Assembly (NCBI GenBank): GCA_049598145.1
Contig: JBMYNJ010000003.1
Span: forward strand, 1,489 to 65,488
Reading direction: 5' to 3'
DNA length: 64,000 nucleotides
From: Flavobacteriaceae bacterium
GTDB lineage: Bacteria > Bacteroidota > Bacteroidia > Flavobacteriales > Flavobacteriaceae
A model generated the notes under the pieces. The model had not been told where the DNA came from. It did not search any database and saw nothing but the letters and a program-made list of their open reading frames with translations. Position numbers and translations under genes: made by a program. Below, one piece after another: positions 11,867 through 22,568 of this stretch. How positions within the stretch are numbered: position 1 is the stretch's first letter; each line of letters begins with the position of its first letter.

Positions 11867-12136
11867 TTACCAGCTGGCTTTCGTTACACCAGGAATTAAG
11901 CCTTTATTGGCCATCTCTCGAAAAGTTACACGGGAAATACCGAACTGACGCATATATCCCTTCGGACGCCCCGTGAGTTTGCAACGGTTGTGCATACGGA
12001 TAGGGGAAGCGTTTTTCGGTAATTTTTGTAAGGCATCGTAGTCGCCTGCTGCTTTTAAAGCTTTACGCTTTTCAGCATATTTGGCTACGGTTTTGGCACG
12101 CTTAATTTCACGTGCTTTCATGGATTCTTTTGCCAT
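11867..12136 (-). CDS. rpsN: 30S ribosomal protein S14 (long form)
   Basis: 89 aa with a C-terminus of [21 protein letters not shown]. Confidence 0.95.
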   Translation of the reverse strand: MAKESMKAREIKRAKTVAKYAEKRKALKAAGDYDALQKLPKNASPIRMHNRCKLTGRPKGYMRQFGISRVTFREMANKGLIPGVTKASW

Positions 12137-12137
12137 C

Positions 12138-12689
12138 TTAATTCTTTTTAAAAGGTAAACCTAATTCGTGAAGGAGTGATTTGGCTTCCTTGTCTGTGGA
12201 AGCATTGGTCACAAAAGTGATGTCCATCCCAGCAATTCGATTGACTTTATCGATATCGATTTCCGGGAAAATAATTTGTTCGCGGATTCCAAGGTTATAG
12301 TTTCCACGGCCGTCAAAACCGTTGGCTTTCACTCCTTGAAAATCACGTACTCGAGGCAATGCAGCCGTCACCAAACGATCAAGAAACTCAAACATCTGGT
12401 TCCCACGAAGGGTTACTTTCGCACCGATGGGCATGCCTTTCCGCAGTTTAAAACTCGCCACGTCCTTTTTGGAAAGTGTCGGAATCGCTTTTTGTCCGCT
12501 GATTTGCGAAAGCTCTTCTATGGCATGGTCGATTAGTTTCTTATCGGCCACAGCAGCACCAACCCCACGGCTCAGTATGATTTTTTCCAAACGGGGAACT
12601 TGCATCACATTGCGGTAGCCAAACTCTTCCTTGAGGGCTCCTTTGATGCGATCATTGTATTCTTGCTTAAGTCTTGGAATATAACTCAT
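12138..12689 (-). CDS. rplE: 50S ribosomal protein L5
   Basis: 183 aa in the expected spc-operon position. Confidence 0.96.
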   Translation of the reverse strand: MSYIPRLKQEYNDRIKGALKEEFGYRNVMQVPRLEKIILSRGVGAAVADKKLIDHAIEELSQISGQKAIPTLSKKDVASFKLRKGMPIGAKVTLRGNQMFEFLDRLVTAALPRVRDFQGVKANGFDGRGNYNLGIREQIIFPEIDIDKVNRIAGMDITFVTNASTDKEAKSLLHELGLPFKKN

Positions 12690-12691
12690 GA

Positions 12692-13003
12692 CTAAATTAC
12701 TTCGTTTGATTTTTTAGCATAACGCACTTTTTGTCCGTCTTCGATACGGTAGCCTACTCGTGTAGGGACTCCGTCTGTCGTTAATAAACTCAGGTTCGAA
12801 ACGTGAAGCGGGGCTTCTTTTTCATCGATCCCTCCTTGAGGATTTTGGGCGCTAGGCTTGTTGTGCTTCTTTACAAGGTTTACTCCTTCAACAATCGCCT
12901 TGTTCGAATCGAGTAAAACTTTTTGGACAACTCCTTCTTGGCCTTTGTGCTCTCCGCTCATCACGCGAACTTTATCTCCTTTTTTAATTTTAAACTTTCC
13001 CAT
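12692..13003 (-). CDS. rplX: 50S ribosomal protein L24
   Basis: 103 aa with the KOW motif [17 protein letters not shown]. Confidence 0.95.
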   Translation of the reverse strand: MGKFKIKKGDKVRVMSGEHKGQEGVVQKVLLDSNKAIVEGVNLVKKHNKPSAQNPQGGIDEKEAPLHVSNLSLLTTDGVPTRVGYRIEDGQKVRYAKKSNEVI

Positions 13004-13012
13004 GATTCAATT

Positions 13013-13381
13013 TTATAATACCTCAGGGGCTAATGATACAATTTTCATAAACTGCTTGTCTCGGAGCTCCCGAGCCACCGGGCCAAACACACGGGTACCG
13101 CGCATTTCTCCTGTAGGATTCAGCAACACACAAGCATTGTCGTCGAAACGAATGTAAGAACCGTCGGGACGACGGACTTCTTTGACCGTGCGCACCACTA
13201 CTGCGGTAGAGACTTGTCCTTTTTTTACAGTTCCGTTTGGCGTGGCATCTTTAACTGTTACCACAATTTTATCCCCAACAGAAGCATAGCGCTTTTTGGT
13301 ACCTCCCAACACTCGGATGGTGAGCACCTCTTTGGCTCCTGTATTGTCTGCGACACGAAGTCTGGATTCTTGTTGTACCAT
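13013..13381 (-). CDS. rplN: 50S ribosomal protein L14
   Basis: [18 protein letters not shown]; 122 aa. Confidence 0.97.
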   Translation of the reverse strand: MVQQESRLRVADNTGAKEVLTIRVLGGTKKRYASVGDKIVVTVKDATPNGTVKKGQVSTAVVVRTVKEVRRPDGSYIRFDDNACVLLNPTGEMRGTRVFGPVARELRDKQFMKIVSLAPEVL

Positions 13382-13383
13382 TT

Positions 13384-13641
13384 TTACTTAGCTCTTTCAA
13401 TGATTTCTACTAATCGCCAGCATTTGGATTTGCTTAACGGGCGTGTCTCCATAATGCGTACCGTATCGCCTACATTACAGTCTTGCGCTTCGTCGTGAGC
13501 GACATATTTTTTGGTCTTTAATACGAATTTTCCGTACATGGGATGCTTTACGCGTTTCACTTCTGAAACAACGATAGACTTAGTCATTTTGTTGCTGGTC
13601 ACTATCCCAATTCGTTCTTTACGCAGGTTTCTCGTTTCCAT
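13384..13641 (-). CDS. rpsQ: 30S ribosomal protein S17
   Basis: 85 aa in the expected position after rpmC. Confidence 0.95.
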   Translation of the reverse strand: METRNLRKERIGIVTSNKMTKSIVVSEVKRVKHPMYGKFVLKTKKYVAHDEAQDCNVGDTVRIMETRPLSKSKCWRLVEIIERAK

Positions 13642-13644
13642 ACC

Positions 13645-13833
13645 TTAATCTTGTTTTTGCTTTAGAGCCGTTTTTAAACGCGCTACAGTTCGGCGAAGGC
13701 CTCGGATTTGCAATGGGTTTTCCAAGGGTGAGATCGCATGTGTGAGTTGCAAATCGGAGAGTTGCTTTTGTACTTCGGTCAGCTTGTCTTGCAAGTCGGC
13801 CGGAGATAATAGTTGAATTTCTGATTGTTTCAT
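13645..13833 (-). CDS. rpmC: 50S ribosomal protein L29
   Basis: The listed ORF is trimmed to MKQSEIQLLSPADLQDKL (ATG 13831-13833), so it no longer overlaps rplP. 62 aa. Confidence 0.9.
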   Translation of the reverse strand: MKQSEIQLLSPADLQDKLTEVQKQLSDLQLTHAISPLENPLQIRGLRRTVARLKTALKQKQD

Positions 13834-13843
13834 GAGCAAAAAA

Positions 13844-14263
13844 TTAAGCATCGTAATCGCGAGCAATCACAAATTTAGTTCGTACGGGAAGTTTTTGAGC
13901 CGCGAGGCGCAAAGCTTCTTTTGCCACATCGATCGGTACACCGGCTACTTCAAACATGATACGACCCGGCTTTACCACGGCCACAAAGTATTCGGGTGCT
14001 CCTTTCCCTTTTCCCATCCGAACTTCCAAAGGCTTTTTGGTAATCGGCTTGTCTGGGAAAATTTTAATCCACAACTGTCCTTCCCTTTTCATATAACGAG
14101 TCGCTGCGACACGAGCGGCCTCGATCTGGCGGGAAGTAATAAACTTTGAATCTAATGCTTTGATCCCAAACATCCCGTTGGAAAGCTGATGCCCCCTTTG
14201 GGAAAGACCTTTCATACGGCCTTTCTGCGCTTTTCGGAATTTGGTTTTTCTAGGTTGTAACAT
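13844..14263 (-). CDS. rplP: 50S ribosomal protein L16
   Basis: [19 protein letters not shown]; 139 aa. Confidence 0.97.
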   Translation of the reverse strand: MLQPRKTKFRKAQKGRMKGLSQRGHQLSNGMFGIKALDSKFITSRQIEAARVAATRYMKREGQLWIKIFPDKPITKKPLEVRMGKGKGAPEYFVAVVKPGRIMFEVAGVPIDVAKEALRLAAQKLPVRTKFVIARDYDA

Positions 14264-14283
14264 AACTCTGTCTTGTTAATCCT

Positions 14284-15000
14284 TTATTTTCTTCTGCGTT
14301 GGCGACCGCCGCCCTGGCCTTTGTTTCCACCGCCTGATTTCTTGGTCATTCCTACTAGAGGGGATAGTTCACGCTTTCCGTAGACCTCCCCTTTCATGAT
14401 CCATACCTTGACCCCCAAACGACCGTAAGTCGTGTGGGCTTCCACTAAAGCGTAGTCGATATCGGCACGGAAAGTAGAAAGTGGAATACGTCCTTCTTTG
14501 TAAGATTCGGAACGGGCCATCTCGGCCCCGTTTAAACGTCCGGAAATCTGGATTTTAATTCCTTCAGCATTCATACGCATGGCAGCTGCAATGGCCATCT
14601 TGATGGCTCGGCGGTATGAAATACGGCTTTCGATCTGGCGGGCGATAGAAGCCCCGACCAATTGAGCATCCAACTCAGGACGCTTGATCTCATGGATATT
14701 GATTTGAACTTCTTTATCCGTAAGTTTCTTAAGCTCTTCTTTGAGTTTATCGACTTCTTGTCCGGCTTTACCGATGATAATTCCCGGGCGAGCCGTGGTA
14801 ATGGTAACGGTGATCAGCTTCAACGTACGCTCGATGATCACATTGGATACGCTGGCTTTAGACAAACGTGCGTGGATGTATCGACGAATTTTATCGTCTT
14901 CAGCAAGTTTATCTCCGTAGTTACGGCCTCCATACCAGTTGGAGTCCCATCCACGAATGATCCCTAAGCGATTCCCGATTGGATTAGTTTTTTGTCCCAT
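14284..15000 (-). CDS. rpsC: 30S ribosomal protein S3
   Basis: [20 protein letters not shown]; 238 aa. Confidence 0.97.
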   Translation of the reverse strand: MGQKTNPIGNRLGIIRGWDSNWYGGRNYGDKLAEDDKIRRYIHARLSKASVSNVIIERTLKLITVTITTARPGIIIGKAGQEVDKLKEELKKLTDKEVQINIHEIKRPELDAQLVGASIARQIESRISYRRAIKMAIAAAMRMNAEGIKIQISGRLNGAEMARSESYKEGRIPLSTFRADIDYALVEAHTTYGRLGVKVWIMKGEVYGKRELSPLVGMTKKSGGGNKGQGGGRQRRRK

Positions 15001-15001
15001 A

Positions 15002-15406
15002 TTAATTTTCCAAGTTTGAAGCTCCGAGCACGAGAGTCACGTGGTTGGAACGTTTACGAATTCTGTGAGCACGTCCTTGTGGAGCCGTCTGAAGTCGCTT
15101 GAGCATACTCCCCCCGTCTACACGAATTTCTTTAACAAAAAGGTTTGCTTTTTCGACATCGGCCTCTTCGTTTTTGGCTTGCCAGTTGGCAATAGCCGAT
15201 AACAAGAGTTTTTCCAAACGTCGGGAAGCTTCTTTCGGGCTAAATTTCAGGATCGCTAAGGCGTTGTTAATTTGAGCGCCCCGAACCTGGTCGGCGACCA
15301 ACCGCATTTTGCGTGGTGAAGTCGGACAATTGTTCAACTTGGCAAAGGCCACATTCTTTTGGGCTTCTTTGCGGGCTTGAGCAGCGTTGTATTTACGATT
15401 TCCCAT
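15002..15406 (-). CDS. rplV: 50S ribosomal protein L22
   Basis: 134 aa in the expected S10-operon position. Confidence 0.95.
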   Translation of the reverse strand: MGNRKYNAAQARKEAQKNVAFAKLNNCPTSPRKMRLVADQVRGAQINNALAILKFSPKEASRRLEKLLLSAIANWQAKNEEADVEKANLFVKEIRVDGGSMLKRLQTAPQGRAHRIRKRSNHVTLVLGASNLEN

Positions 15407-15411
15407 GAGCC

Positions 15412-15690
15412 TTATTTTTTACCTTTATTCTTAGCACCGGCATGCCCCCGGAACGATCGCGTGGGCGAAAATTCTCCGAGCTTGTGGCCTACCATGTTTT
15501 CTGTTACATATACCGGAACAAACTGACGGCCGTTGTGCACGGCAATGGTTTGTCCAACAAAGTCGGGCGTAATCATCGAGGCACGAGACCAGGTTTTGAT
15601 CACCGACTTTTTGTTGTCTTCAATATTTTGTTGCACCTTCTTCTCTAAGCTGTGGTGCACATAGGGTCCTTTTTTTAGTGAACGAGCCAT
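15412..15690 (-). CDS. rpsS: 30S ribosomal protein S19
   Basis: [15 protein letters not shown]; 92 aa. Confidence 0.97.
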   Translation of the reverse strand: MARSLKKGPYVHHSLEKKVQQNIEDNKKSVIKTWSRASMITPDFVGQTIAVHNGRQFVPVYVTENMVGHKLGEFSPTRSFRGHAGAKNKGKK

Positions 15691-15693
15691 ATC

Positions 15694-16518
15694 TTATTTT
15701 TTTCTGCGTTCCACAATAAATTTACTACTCGCCTTTTTGCGGTCCCGAGTGCGGTATCCTTTGGCAGGGACGCCGTTTCGGTTACGCGGATGTCCTCCAG
15801 AGGCACGGCCTTCTCCACCACCCATGGGGTGATCGATCGGGTTCATGGCTACCGGTCTGGTGCGTGGGCGACGCCCTAACCAACGAGAACGTCCTGCTTT
15901 TCCAGAAACCAACAATTGGTGGTCTGAGTTGGAAACAGCGCCGATCACTGCAAGTGAATTGACCAAGATCAATCGCGTTTCTCCAGAAGGCATTTTCACG
16001 GTAGCAAACTTTCCTTCACGAGCCATCAACTGTGCAAATGCTCCGGCACTGCGTGCAATGGAGGCTCCATTGCCAGGGGTGAGCTCAATACAAGAAATGA
16101 TGGTTCCTAATGGAATTTTTGAGAGGGGTAAGGCATTGCCCACCTCAGGAGCAGCATTTGCTCCCGATTGGATGGTTTGTCCTACTTGCAATCCATTGGG
16201 CGCGACGATGTAGCGCTTTTCTCCATCGGTATACTGCACTAAGGCAATAAAAGCCGATCGGTTAGGATCATACTCAATGGTTTTAACTTCAGCGGCAACA
16301 TCAAATTTGTTGCGCTTAAAGTCAATGATTCGGTAACGACGTTTGTGTCCCCCACCGCGATGACGGACGGTCATTTTCCCTTTGTTGTTTCGGCCCCCAG
16401 TACGCTTTTTCGAATCGAGCAAGCTCTTCTCCGGCTTATCAGTAGTAATTGCGTCAAATCCATTTACTACTCTAAAACGCTGCGCCGGGGTGATCGGTTT
16501 TAATTTTCTAACTGACAT
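15694..16518 (-). CDS. rplB: 50S ribosomal protein L2
   Basis: 274 aa with the motif [15 protein letters not shown]. Confidence 0.97.
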   Translation of the reverse strand: MSVRKLKPITPAQRFRVVNGFDAITTDKPEKSLLDSKKRTGGRNNKGKMTVRHRGGGHKRRYRIIDFKRNKFDVAAEVKTIEYDPNRSAFIALVQYTDGEKRYIVAPNGLQVGQTIQSGANAAPEVGNALPLSKIPLGTIISCIELTPGNGASIARSAGAFAQLMAREGKFATVKMPSGETRLILVNSLAVIGAVSNSDHQLLVSGKAGRSRWLGRRPRTRPVAMNPIDHPMGGGEGRASGGHPRNRNGVPAKGYRTRDRKKASSKFIVERRKK

Positions 16519-16527
16519 GTGACGCTT

Positions 16528-16818
16528 TTATAAATTGCTATATAAATCAATAGAATCGCCTTCCGCAACCTGCACAATGGCTTTTTTGGTTGCGACAGAC
16601 TTTCCTCGTTGAATTCCGGTCTTGGTGTAGCGTGTTCGGCGTTCGAGCCCGTAATTGAGGGTTCGAACGTTTTCTACTGCTACCCCATAAGCTGCTTCCA
16701 CAGCCTTCTTGATTTCAATCTTATTGGCACGCGTGTCCACCAAAAAGGTGTACTTGTTGTTCATTTCGCTATCGTGCGTGGCCTTTTCCGTGATGATAGG
16801 TTTAATCAAAATAGCCAT
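16528..16818 (-). CDS. rplW: 50S ribosomal protein L23
   Basis: 96 aa in the expected position between rplD and rplB. Confidence 0.94.
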   Translation of the reverse strand: MAILIKPIITEKATHDSEMNNKYTFLVDTRANKIEIKKAVEAAYGVAVENVRTLNYGLERRTRYTKTGIQRGKSVATKKAIVQVAEGDSIDLYSNL

Positions 16819-16821
16819 GAG

Positions 16822-17451
16822 TTATTGCTTTAAGATTGAAGTGATACTTGCTACGGCACTTTCTGCCAATATCAAAGTATTGGCATTGGCAATTCCGTAG
16901 GTATGGAGTTCGTCTTTGGTCGTTACCTGAGCTTTGGGGAGATTTCTAGAAGAAAGGTATACGTTCGGCTCATTGGCATTGAGGACCAACAACGATTTTT
17001 TATCCGCTACTCCTAGTGCTTGAAGTACTTCAGAGTATGCTTTAGTTTTCGGTGCTTCAAAGTTGAAGTCTTCCACAATAATGATGGATTTGTCTGCTGC
17101 CTTTTGGCTTAAAGCCGAACGACGCGCCAGACGCTTCACTTTTTTATTCACCTTTTGACTGTAGTCGCGAGGAGTAGGACCAAACACACGTCCTCCTCCA
17201 CGGAAGAGAGGGTTTTTGATGGAACCAGCACGTGCTGTTCCTGTTCCCTTTTGACGTTTGATCTTACGTGTACTACCCACAATCTCGGCACGTTCTTTTG
17301 CCTTGTGAGTTCCTTGACGACGATTGGCCAAATGCTGCTTAACGTCCAGATAAATGGCGTGTTGGCTGGGTTCGATTCCGAAAACGGATGCGTCGAGCTC
17401 CGTTTTACGGCCGGTATCTTTTCCTGAGATTGATAATACAGCTACTTTCAT
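16822..17451 (-). CDS. rplD: 50S ribosomal protein L4
   Basis: The listed ORF is trimmed to [15 protein letters not shown] (ATG 17449-17451). This start shares 1 nt with the rplC stop. Confidence 0.93.
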   Translation of the reverse strand: MKVAVLSISGKDTGRKTELDASVFGIEPSQHAIYLDVKQHLANRRQGTHKAKERAEIVGSTRKIKRQKGTGTARAGSIKNPLFRGGGRVFGPTPRDYSQKVNKKVKRLARRSALSQKAADKSIIIVEDFNFEAPKTKAYSEVLQALGVADKKSLLVLNANEPNVYLSSRNLPKAQVTTKDELHTYGIANANTLILAESAVASITSILKQ

Positions 17452-18068
17452 TATTTCCGAACGATTACGTAAGCGTTTTTGTGCCCGGGAACACATCCCT
17501 TGACCACGAGTAGATTTTTTTCAGCCACTACTTTTAAAACGCGTAGATTTTGCACTTTAACTTTTTCATTTCCCATTTGTCCTGCCATACGCATTCCTTT
17601 GAAAACTCGTGCAGGATAGGAAGCCGCTCCAATGGATCCAGGGGCACGCAAACGGTTGTGTTGTCCGTGAGTGGCTTGTCCCACTCCGCCAAAACCGTGG
17701 CGTTTCACTACACCTTGGAATCCTTTTCCTTTGGAGGTTCCAGACACATCGACAAATTCCCCTTCTTCAAAGAGGTCTACCCCGACGGTGTCTCCTAAAT
17801 TTAATTCTTGCTCGAAATCTCGAAACTCAGCGACTTTCTTTTTCGGAGCCGTGTTGGCTTTTTTAAAGTGGCCAATGGCCGCCTTGTTGCTCCGTTTGTC
17901 TGCCTTGTCATCGAAACCGAGTTGTACTGCATTGTACCCGTCAACCGCTTCGGTTCTGACTTGGGTGACCACGCATGGCCCGACTTCTAAGACGGTGCAA
18001 GGGATGTTTTTCCCTTTCTCGTCAAAGAGGCTGGTCATACCGATCTTTTTTCCTATTAACCCAGACAT
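17451..18068 (-). CDS. rplC: 50S ribosomal protein L3
   Basis: [19 protein letters not shown]; 205 aa. Confidence 0.97.
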   Translation of the reverse strand: MSGLIGKKIGMTSLFDEKGKNIPCTVLEVGPCVVTQVRTEAVDGYNAVQLGFDDKADKRSNKAAIGHFKKANTAPKKKVAEFRDFEQELNLGDTVGVDLFEEGEFVDVSGTSKGKGFQGVVKRHGFGGVGQATHGQHNRLRAPGSIGAASYPARVFKGMRMAGQMGNEKVKVQNLRVLKVVAEKNLLVVKGCVPGHKNAYVIVRK

Positions 18069-18106
18069 GATTTATTCTTTAGTATAATTGTTTTTATATA
18101 TAATGA

Positions 18107-18412
18107 TCAAACTTTGATTTCTACTTCAACACCACTTGGCAACTCTAGCTTCATCAACGCATCGATCGTTTTAGAAGAAGAACTGTAGATGTCCAACAAG
18201 CGTTTATAGGAGCACAATTTGAATTGCTCACGCGATTTTTTGTTGACGTGTGGAGAACGCAATACGGTAAAGTATTTTTTGTGGGTAGGCAGTGGAATAG
18301 GTCCCGTGACTACTGCACCAGTGGTTTTTACCGTTTTTACGATCTTATCGGCAGACTTGTCCACCAGGTTGTGATCGTAAGATTTAAGTTTAATTCTAAT
18401 TTTTTGACTCAT
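18107..18412 (-). CDS. rpsJ: 30S ribosomal protein S10
   Basis: [18 protein letters not shown]; 101 aa. It starts 5 nt downstream of fusA. Confidence 0.97.
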   Translation of the reverse strand: MSQKIRIKLKSYDHNLVDKSADKIVKTVKTTGAVVTGPIPLPTHKKYFTVLRSPHVNKKSREQFKLCSYKRLLDIYSSSSKTIDALMKLELPSGVEVEIKV

Positions 18413-18417
18413 ATCAC

Positions 18418-20547
18418 TTATGCGTTTTTACCTTGCACGTCGGCAATTACTTGTTCAGAAATATTGGATGGTGTCTCGCTGTAGTGCGAAAACTCCATAG
18501 TGGAAGTGGCCCGTCCGGAAGAAAGGGTTCGTAAAGAAGTCACATAGCCAAACATTTCGGAGAGGGGCACTTCGGCTTTGACCACCTTAGATCCGGCACG
18601 ATCGTCCATAGAGTTCACTTGTCCGCGACGACGGTTCAAATCCCCTACAATATCTCCCATGTTTTCTTCTGGCGTTAATACCTCCAACTTCATGATGGGT
18701 TCCATAATCACGGCGCGCGCTGCTTTGGCAGACTCTTTAAACCCGAGTTTTGCAGCCAATTCGAAAGAAAGGGAATCGGAATCCACCGGGTGGAACGATC
18801 CGTCTTTCAGAGTAATTTTCATGGCATCTACCTCGAATCCGGCCAAGGGTCCATTTTTCATGGAGTCTTTAAATCCTTTTTCTACCGAGGGAATGTATTC
18901 TTTAGGAATATTTCCACCTTTGATCTCGTTGACAAATTCGAGACCAACTTTTCCATCTTCCGCAGGCTCGATAGTAAATACGATATCGGCGAATTTTCCA
19001 CGACCTCCTGTTTGCTTTTTGTATACTTCCCGGTGATCGGCAGCTGCCGTCAAGGCTTCTTTATATTCTACCTGAGGTTGTCCTTGGTTGACTTCCACCT
19101 TAAACTCACGTCTTAAACGGTCTACGATGATATCCAAGTGAAGCTCACCCATTCCGGAGATAACCGTTTGGCCAGAAGCCTCATCGGTTTTTACCTGGAA
19201 AGTGGGGTCTTCTTCGGCCAACTTGGCCAAAGACATCCCGAGCTTGTCTACATCAGCTTTGGTCTTGGGCTCCACCGCGATCCCGATTACCGGATCGGGG
19301 AAGTCCATACTTTCTAAGATGATGGGCGATTTTTCTGCAGAAAGGGTATCTCCTGTTTTGATATCTTTAAATCCTACCGCAGCTCCAATATCTCCTGCTT
19401 CAATAAAGTCGATGGAGTTTTGTTTATTGGAGTGCATCTGGTAGATACGAGAAATTCGCTCTTTGTTGCCGGAGCGATTGTTCAAGACATAAGACCCTGC
19501 ATCTAAACGACCGGAATACGCTCTAAAGAAAGCCAAACGCCCTACAAAAGGATCGGTAGCAATCTTAAAGGCAAGCGCAGAAAAGGGCTCATTTACGTCG
19601 GGCTTACGGGAAATTTCCTCCTCTGTATTGGGATCGGTTCCCACGATGGCTTCTTTGTCTTCCGGAGAAGGTAAGTAACGACATACTGCATCTAACAAAA
19701 ACTGAACTCCTTTATTCTTAAAGGAAGAACCACATACCATAGGAATGATACTCATGTCCTGAGTAGCCGCGCGAAGGGCGTTGTGTACCTCGTCCTCGGA
19801 AATCGATTCCGGATCTTCAAAATATTTTTCGAGTAAAGCTTCGTCATATTCGGCAACAGCCTCGATCAGTGCTCCACGGAGTTGTTCAGCCTCGTCTTTG
19901 AGGTCGTCCGGAATATCGATCACATCGAAAGTCGATCCAAAGTTATCATCGTGCCAAACAATGGCCCGGTTTTTAACCAAGTCTACGATACCCCGAAAAT
20001 CCTCTTCATCACCAATATTTAATACGATCGGCACCGCATTGGATTTAAGCATGTCGCGTACTTGCTGGCACACCCCGAGGAAGTTTGATCCTTGGCGATC
20101 CATTTTATTGACAAATCCGATCCGAGGCACTTTGTAGTTGTCTGCCAAACGCCAGTTGGTTTCCGACTGTGGCTCTACACCGTCTACAGCACTAAAGAGA
20201 AATACCAATCCATCCAATACGCGGAGGGAACGGTTTACCTCTACCGTAAAGTCTACGTGACCGGGAGTATCGATAATATTAAACTGATAAGGCTTGGCGT
20301 CGGGAGTAGGCTGCCCTTGTTCGGAGGGAAAATTCCACGTACAGGTGGTTGCAGCGGAGGTAATGGTGATTCCGCGTTCCTGCTCCTGCTCCATCCAGTC
20401 CATGGTAGCGGCACCGTCGTGTACCTCTCCAATTTTATGACTCACCCCTGTGTAGAATAAGATCCGCTCAGTGGTGGTGGTTTTACCAGCGTCGATATGG
20501 GCTGCAATTCCAATATTTCGCGTGTATTTTAAATCTCTTTTTGCCAT
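18418..20547 (-). CDS. fusA: elongation factor G
   Basis: 709 aa with the [16 protein letters not shown]1 motif and DTPGHVDF. Confidence 0.97.
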   Translation of the reverse strand: MAKRDLKYTRNIGIAAHIDAGKTTTTERILFYTGVSHKIGEVHDGAATMDWMEQEQERGITITSAATTCTWNFPSEQGQPTPDAKPYQFNIIDTPGHVDFTVEVNRSLRVLDGLVFLFSAVDGVEPQSETNWRLADNYKVPRIGFVNKMDRQGSNFLGVCQQVRDMLKSNAVPIVLNIGDEEDFRGIVDLVKNRAIVWHDDNFGSTFDVIDIPDDLKDEAEQLRGALIEAVAEYDEALLEKYFEDPESISEDEVHNALRAATQDMSIIPMVCGSSFKNKGVQFLLDAVCRYLPSPEDKEAIVGTDPNTEEEISRKPDVNEPFSALAFKIATDPFVGRLAFFRAYSGRLDAGSYVLNNRSGNKERISRIYQMHSNKQNSIDFIEAGDIGAAVGFKDIKTGDTLSAEKSPIILESMDFPDPVIGIAVEPKTKADVDKLGMSLAKLAEEDPTFQVKTDEASGQTVISGMGELHLDIIVDRLRREFKVEVNQGQPQVEYKEALTAAADHREVYKKQTGGRGKFADIVFTIEPAEDGKVGLEFVNEIKGGNIPKEYIPSVEKGFKDSMKNGPLAGFEVDAMKITLKDGSFHPVDSDSLSFELAAKLGFKESAKAARAVIMEPIMKLEVLTPEENMGDIVGDLNRRRGQVNSMDDRAGSKVVKAEVPLSEMFGYVTSLRTLSSGRATSTMEFSHYSETPSNISEQVIADVQGKNA

Positions 20548-20581
20548 GATAGTGTTCTAGTAGTATAAGCTCAAAAGTGGG

Positions 20582-21058
20582 TTAAAATCTAAAGTGAGAG
20601 AATGCTTTGTTGGCTTCAGCCATTTTGTGGGTATCGACTCGTTTTTTGACTGCTGCTCCTTCTTCTTTAGCGGCTGCCAAAATTTCTCCGGCTAAACGGA
20701 GTGCCATAGACTTCTCGTTGCGCTTGCGTGCGAAACTGATCATCCACTTCATGGCGAGGGATACTTTGCGGTCGGGTCGAATTTGCATCGGGATTTGGAA
20801 GGTAGCACCCCCTACTCGTCGGCTGCGTACCTCGACATGAGGCATCACATTGGAGAGGGCATCTTTCCAAATTTCTAATGCTGTTTTTTCTTCTTCCTGA
20901 TTGCGTTCTTCTACGATAGCCATTGCATCGTAGAAAATTTTGAAGGCAACGGATTTTTTTCCGTCCCACATTAAGTTATTGACGAAACGGGTGACCAACT
21001 GATCTCCAAATTTAGGATCGGGAAGTAAGGGACGTTTTTTGGCTTGTCTTTTTCTCAT
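20582..21058 (-). CDS. rpsG: 30S ribosomal protein S7
   Basis: [17 protein letters not shown]; 158 aa. Confidence 0.97.
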   Translation of the reverse strand: MRKRQAKKRPLLPDPKFGDQLVTRFVNNLMWDGKKSVAFKIFYDAMAIVEERNQEEEKTALEIWKDALSNVMPHVEVRSRRVGGATFQIPMQIRPDRKVSLAMKWMISFARKRNEKSMALRLAGEILAAAKEEGAAVKKRVDTHKMAEANKAFSHFRF

Positions 21059-21065
21059 GGTTCAA

Positions 21066-21440
21066 TTATTTTTTAGGGCGTTTAGCACCGTATTTCGAAC
21101 GTCGTTGTAAACGGCCTTCCACACCGGCGGTATCGAGGGCACCGCGAACAATGTGATAACGAACACCCGGGAGGTCTTTTACACGTCCGCCTCGGACCAA
21201 TACTATCGAGTGCTCTTGGAGGTTGTGTCCTTCTCCCGGAATATAGGCGTTGACTTCTTTCCCGTTGGTTAACCGCACCCGGGCGACTTTACGCATCGCA
21301 GAGTTTGGTTTTTTCGGGGTCGTCGTATATACTCGCGTACATACTCCTCGCCTTTGTGGACACGAATCCAAAGCAGCCGATTTACTCTTCTTGGCCATGG
21401 AAGCTCTTCCTTTTCTTACTAATTGTGCAATTGTTGGCAT
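21066..21440 (-). CDS. rpsL: 30S ribosomal protein S12
   Basis: The listed ORF is trimmed to [12 protein letters not shown] (ATG 21438-21440), giving 124 aa. It has the [16 protein letters not shown] motif. Confidence 0.95.
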   Translation of the reverse strand: MPTIAQLVRKGRASMAKKSKSAALDSCPQRRGVCTRVYTTTPKKPNSAMRKVARVRLTNGKEVNAYIPGEGHNLQEHSIVLVRGGRVKDLPGVRYHIVRGALDTAGVEGRLQRRSKYGAKRPKK

Positions 21441-21476
21441 ATATTCAATATATAATTCCCCATAATTATGGGCGTG

Positions 21477-21507
21477 CAAATGTAGCAATTAATTTTTGGG
21501 TTTCAAA
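21477..21507 (-). promoter_or_regulatory. candidate sigma-A promoter of the rpsL-to-rplQ superoperon (-7 TACATTTG, -33 TTTG)
   Basis: Plus-strand CAAATGTA at 21477-21484 is TACATTTG (TAnnTTTG) on the minus strand, 36 nt upstream of the rpsL ATG. A minus-strand TTTG lies at 21504-21507 with a 19-nt spacer, and it sits inside the palindrome GGGTTTCAAACCC at 21498-21510. Confidence 0.5.
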
Positions 21508-21770
21508 CCCCTCAGCAAACATTCATTCATCTTTTTTTTAGCCCGGGCTTTTAGGGGGGGAATTGCTCCCAAAAATCCCTCCAAAACCCCAAAGAAATTC
21601 ACTCGCTTTTTGCAATCCATTTTACACTATAATTATATAGTCAGTAAATATGTTAAATTGTTGTTTTTAAGGGGGTTATATTGGTACTTTTATAGGGTTT
21701 CATTTGCAAAAGATTAACAGTTTCCACATCTTCGGATCCTCATTTTTATTATTAAACGAACCCAAATCTT

Positions 21771-22406
21771 ATGCTTATGAAAGTACACTTCTATTTTTGG
21801 GGCTGCTTATTGCTCTGTATGAGTCAATTGGCGATTGCCCAAATCCGCACAGGACAGGTGACCGACGAAAACAACCTCCCCCTCCCCGGGGCCACCGTTA
21901 TCGTCGAAGGCACTACCCGAGGAACCACCACCGATTTTGACGGTAACTTCCAGATCGAAGCCGCCGCAGGCGATGTCCGTGCTGGAATTTTAGGTTATCA
22001 AGGCGCTCGCCTTCGAAATATGGGAAAATATCCCGATATCAATGGTTGGGACAATATCCCGATTATTCGCTACGAAGAAGTGATCCTGAACTATGCCGAA
22101 GCTTTAGCCGAATCTGGAAATAGTAGTGCTGCCCTTGAACAGTTAACTGCACTGACCAGTAAACGAAACGCCACCGCGTACACCAGCGCAACCAAGTCGA
22201 ATATTCTTCTGGAACGTCGAAAAGAGTTGATTTTTGAAGGCTTTCGTTGGGACGATCTTATGCGAACCGGCAGTGCTATCGAGTCGTATGGGACTCTGAT
22301 GGAACTTTTGGCAACCTACAATTATCCCAACAATGTGTTTGCTTACCCTATTCCGGCAGCGGAACTCAATGCAAATTCAAACATAGAACAAAACGAAGGC
22401 TATTAA
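21771..22406 (+). pseudogene. chimeric remnant: SusC-like N-terminus (signal peptide plus carboxypeptidase-regulatory-like domain) fused in frame to a SusD-like C-terminus
   Basis: Residues 1-69 read MLMKVHFYFWGCLLLCMSQLAIAQIRTGQVTDENNLPLPGATVIVEGTTRGTTTDFDGNFQIEAAAGDV, paralleling the starts of the SusC genes at 22609 and 28040. From IPIIRYEEVILNYAEALAESGN... to ILLERRKELIFEGFRWDDLMRTG...YPIPAAELNANSNIEQNEGY the sequence is a typical SusD/RagB C-terminus. No plug or barrel is present. Confidence 0.8.
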
Positions 22407-22465
22407 ACAAAAACCCCAACTATACATTAATGATGAACAAGTGCCCTGTTTACTCCAGGGAAAAA

Positions 22466-22494
22466 GCCCCCGCACAAGCGGGGGTTTTTATTTT
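22466..22494 (+). terminator. rho-independent terminator after the chimeric ORF
   Basis: A CCCCCGC / GCGGGGG stem with an ACAA loop, followed by TTTTTATTTT. Confidence 0.7.
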
Positions 22495-22560
22495 AACAAA
22501 GATTAACATGGGTAAGTTCAGGGAATAAAGGGATTTTAATATTTATTAACATAATTTTAA

Positions 22561-22568
22561 TATATTTG
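22561..22568 (+). promoter_or_regulatory. candidate -7 promoter box (TATATTTG) for the first intact susC-like gene
   Basis: An exact TAnnTTTG 40 nt upstream of the ATG at 22609, flanked by two copies of ATTTATTAAC. Confidence 0.45.

Noticed and set aside
17671-18087. A 138-aa plus-strand ORF antisense to rplC, plus many similar 60-150-aa ORFs antisense to or out of frame with ribosomal genes, fusA, eno and gltA (for example 18578-19036, 19781-20137, 7389-7754, 15845-16213, 20667-20969).
   Set aside because: They lie entirely within strongly conserved genes on the other strand or in another frame. They have low-complexity or odd composition, and no promoter or independent context.
21496-21940. 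ORFs 21496-21717 and 21704-21940 in the rpsL to susC-remnant spacer.
   Set aside because: The first runs through promoter-like A+T-rich DNA and has no recognisable features. The second is an Arg/Pro-rich alternative frame of the G+C-rich SusC N-terminal segment.
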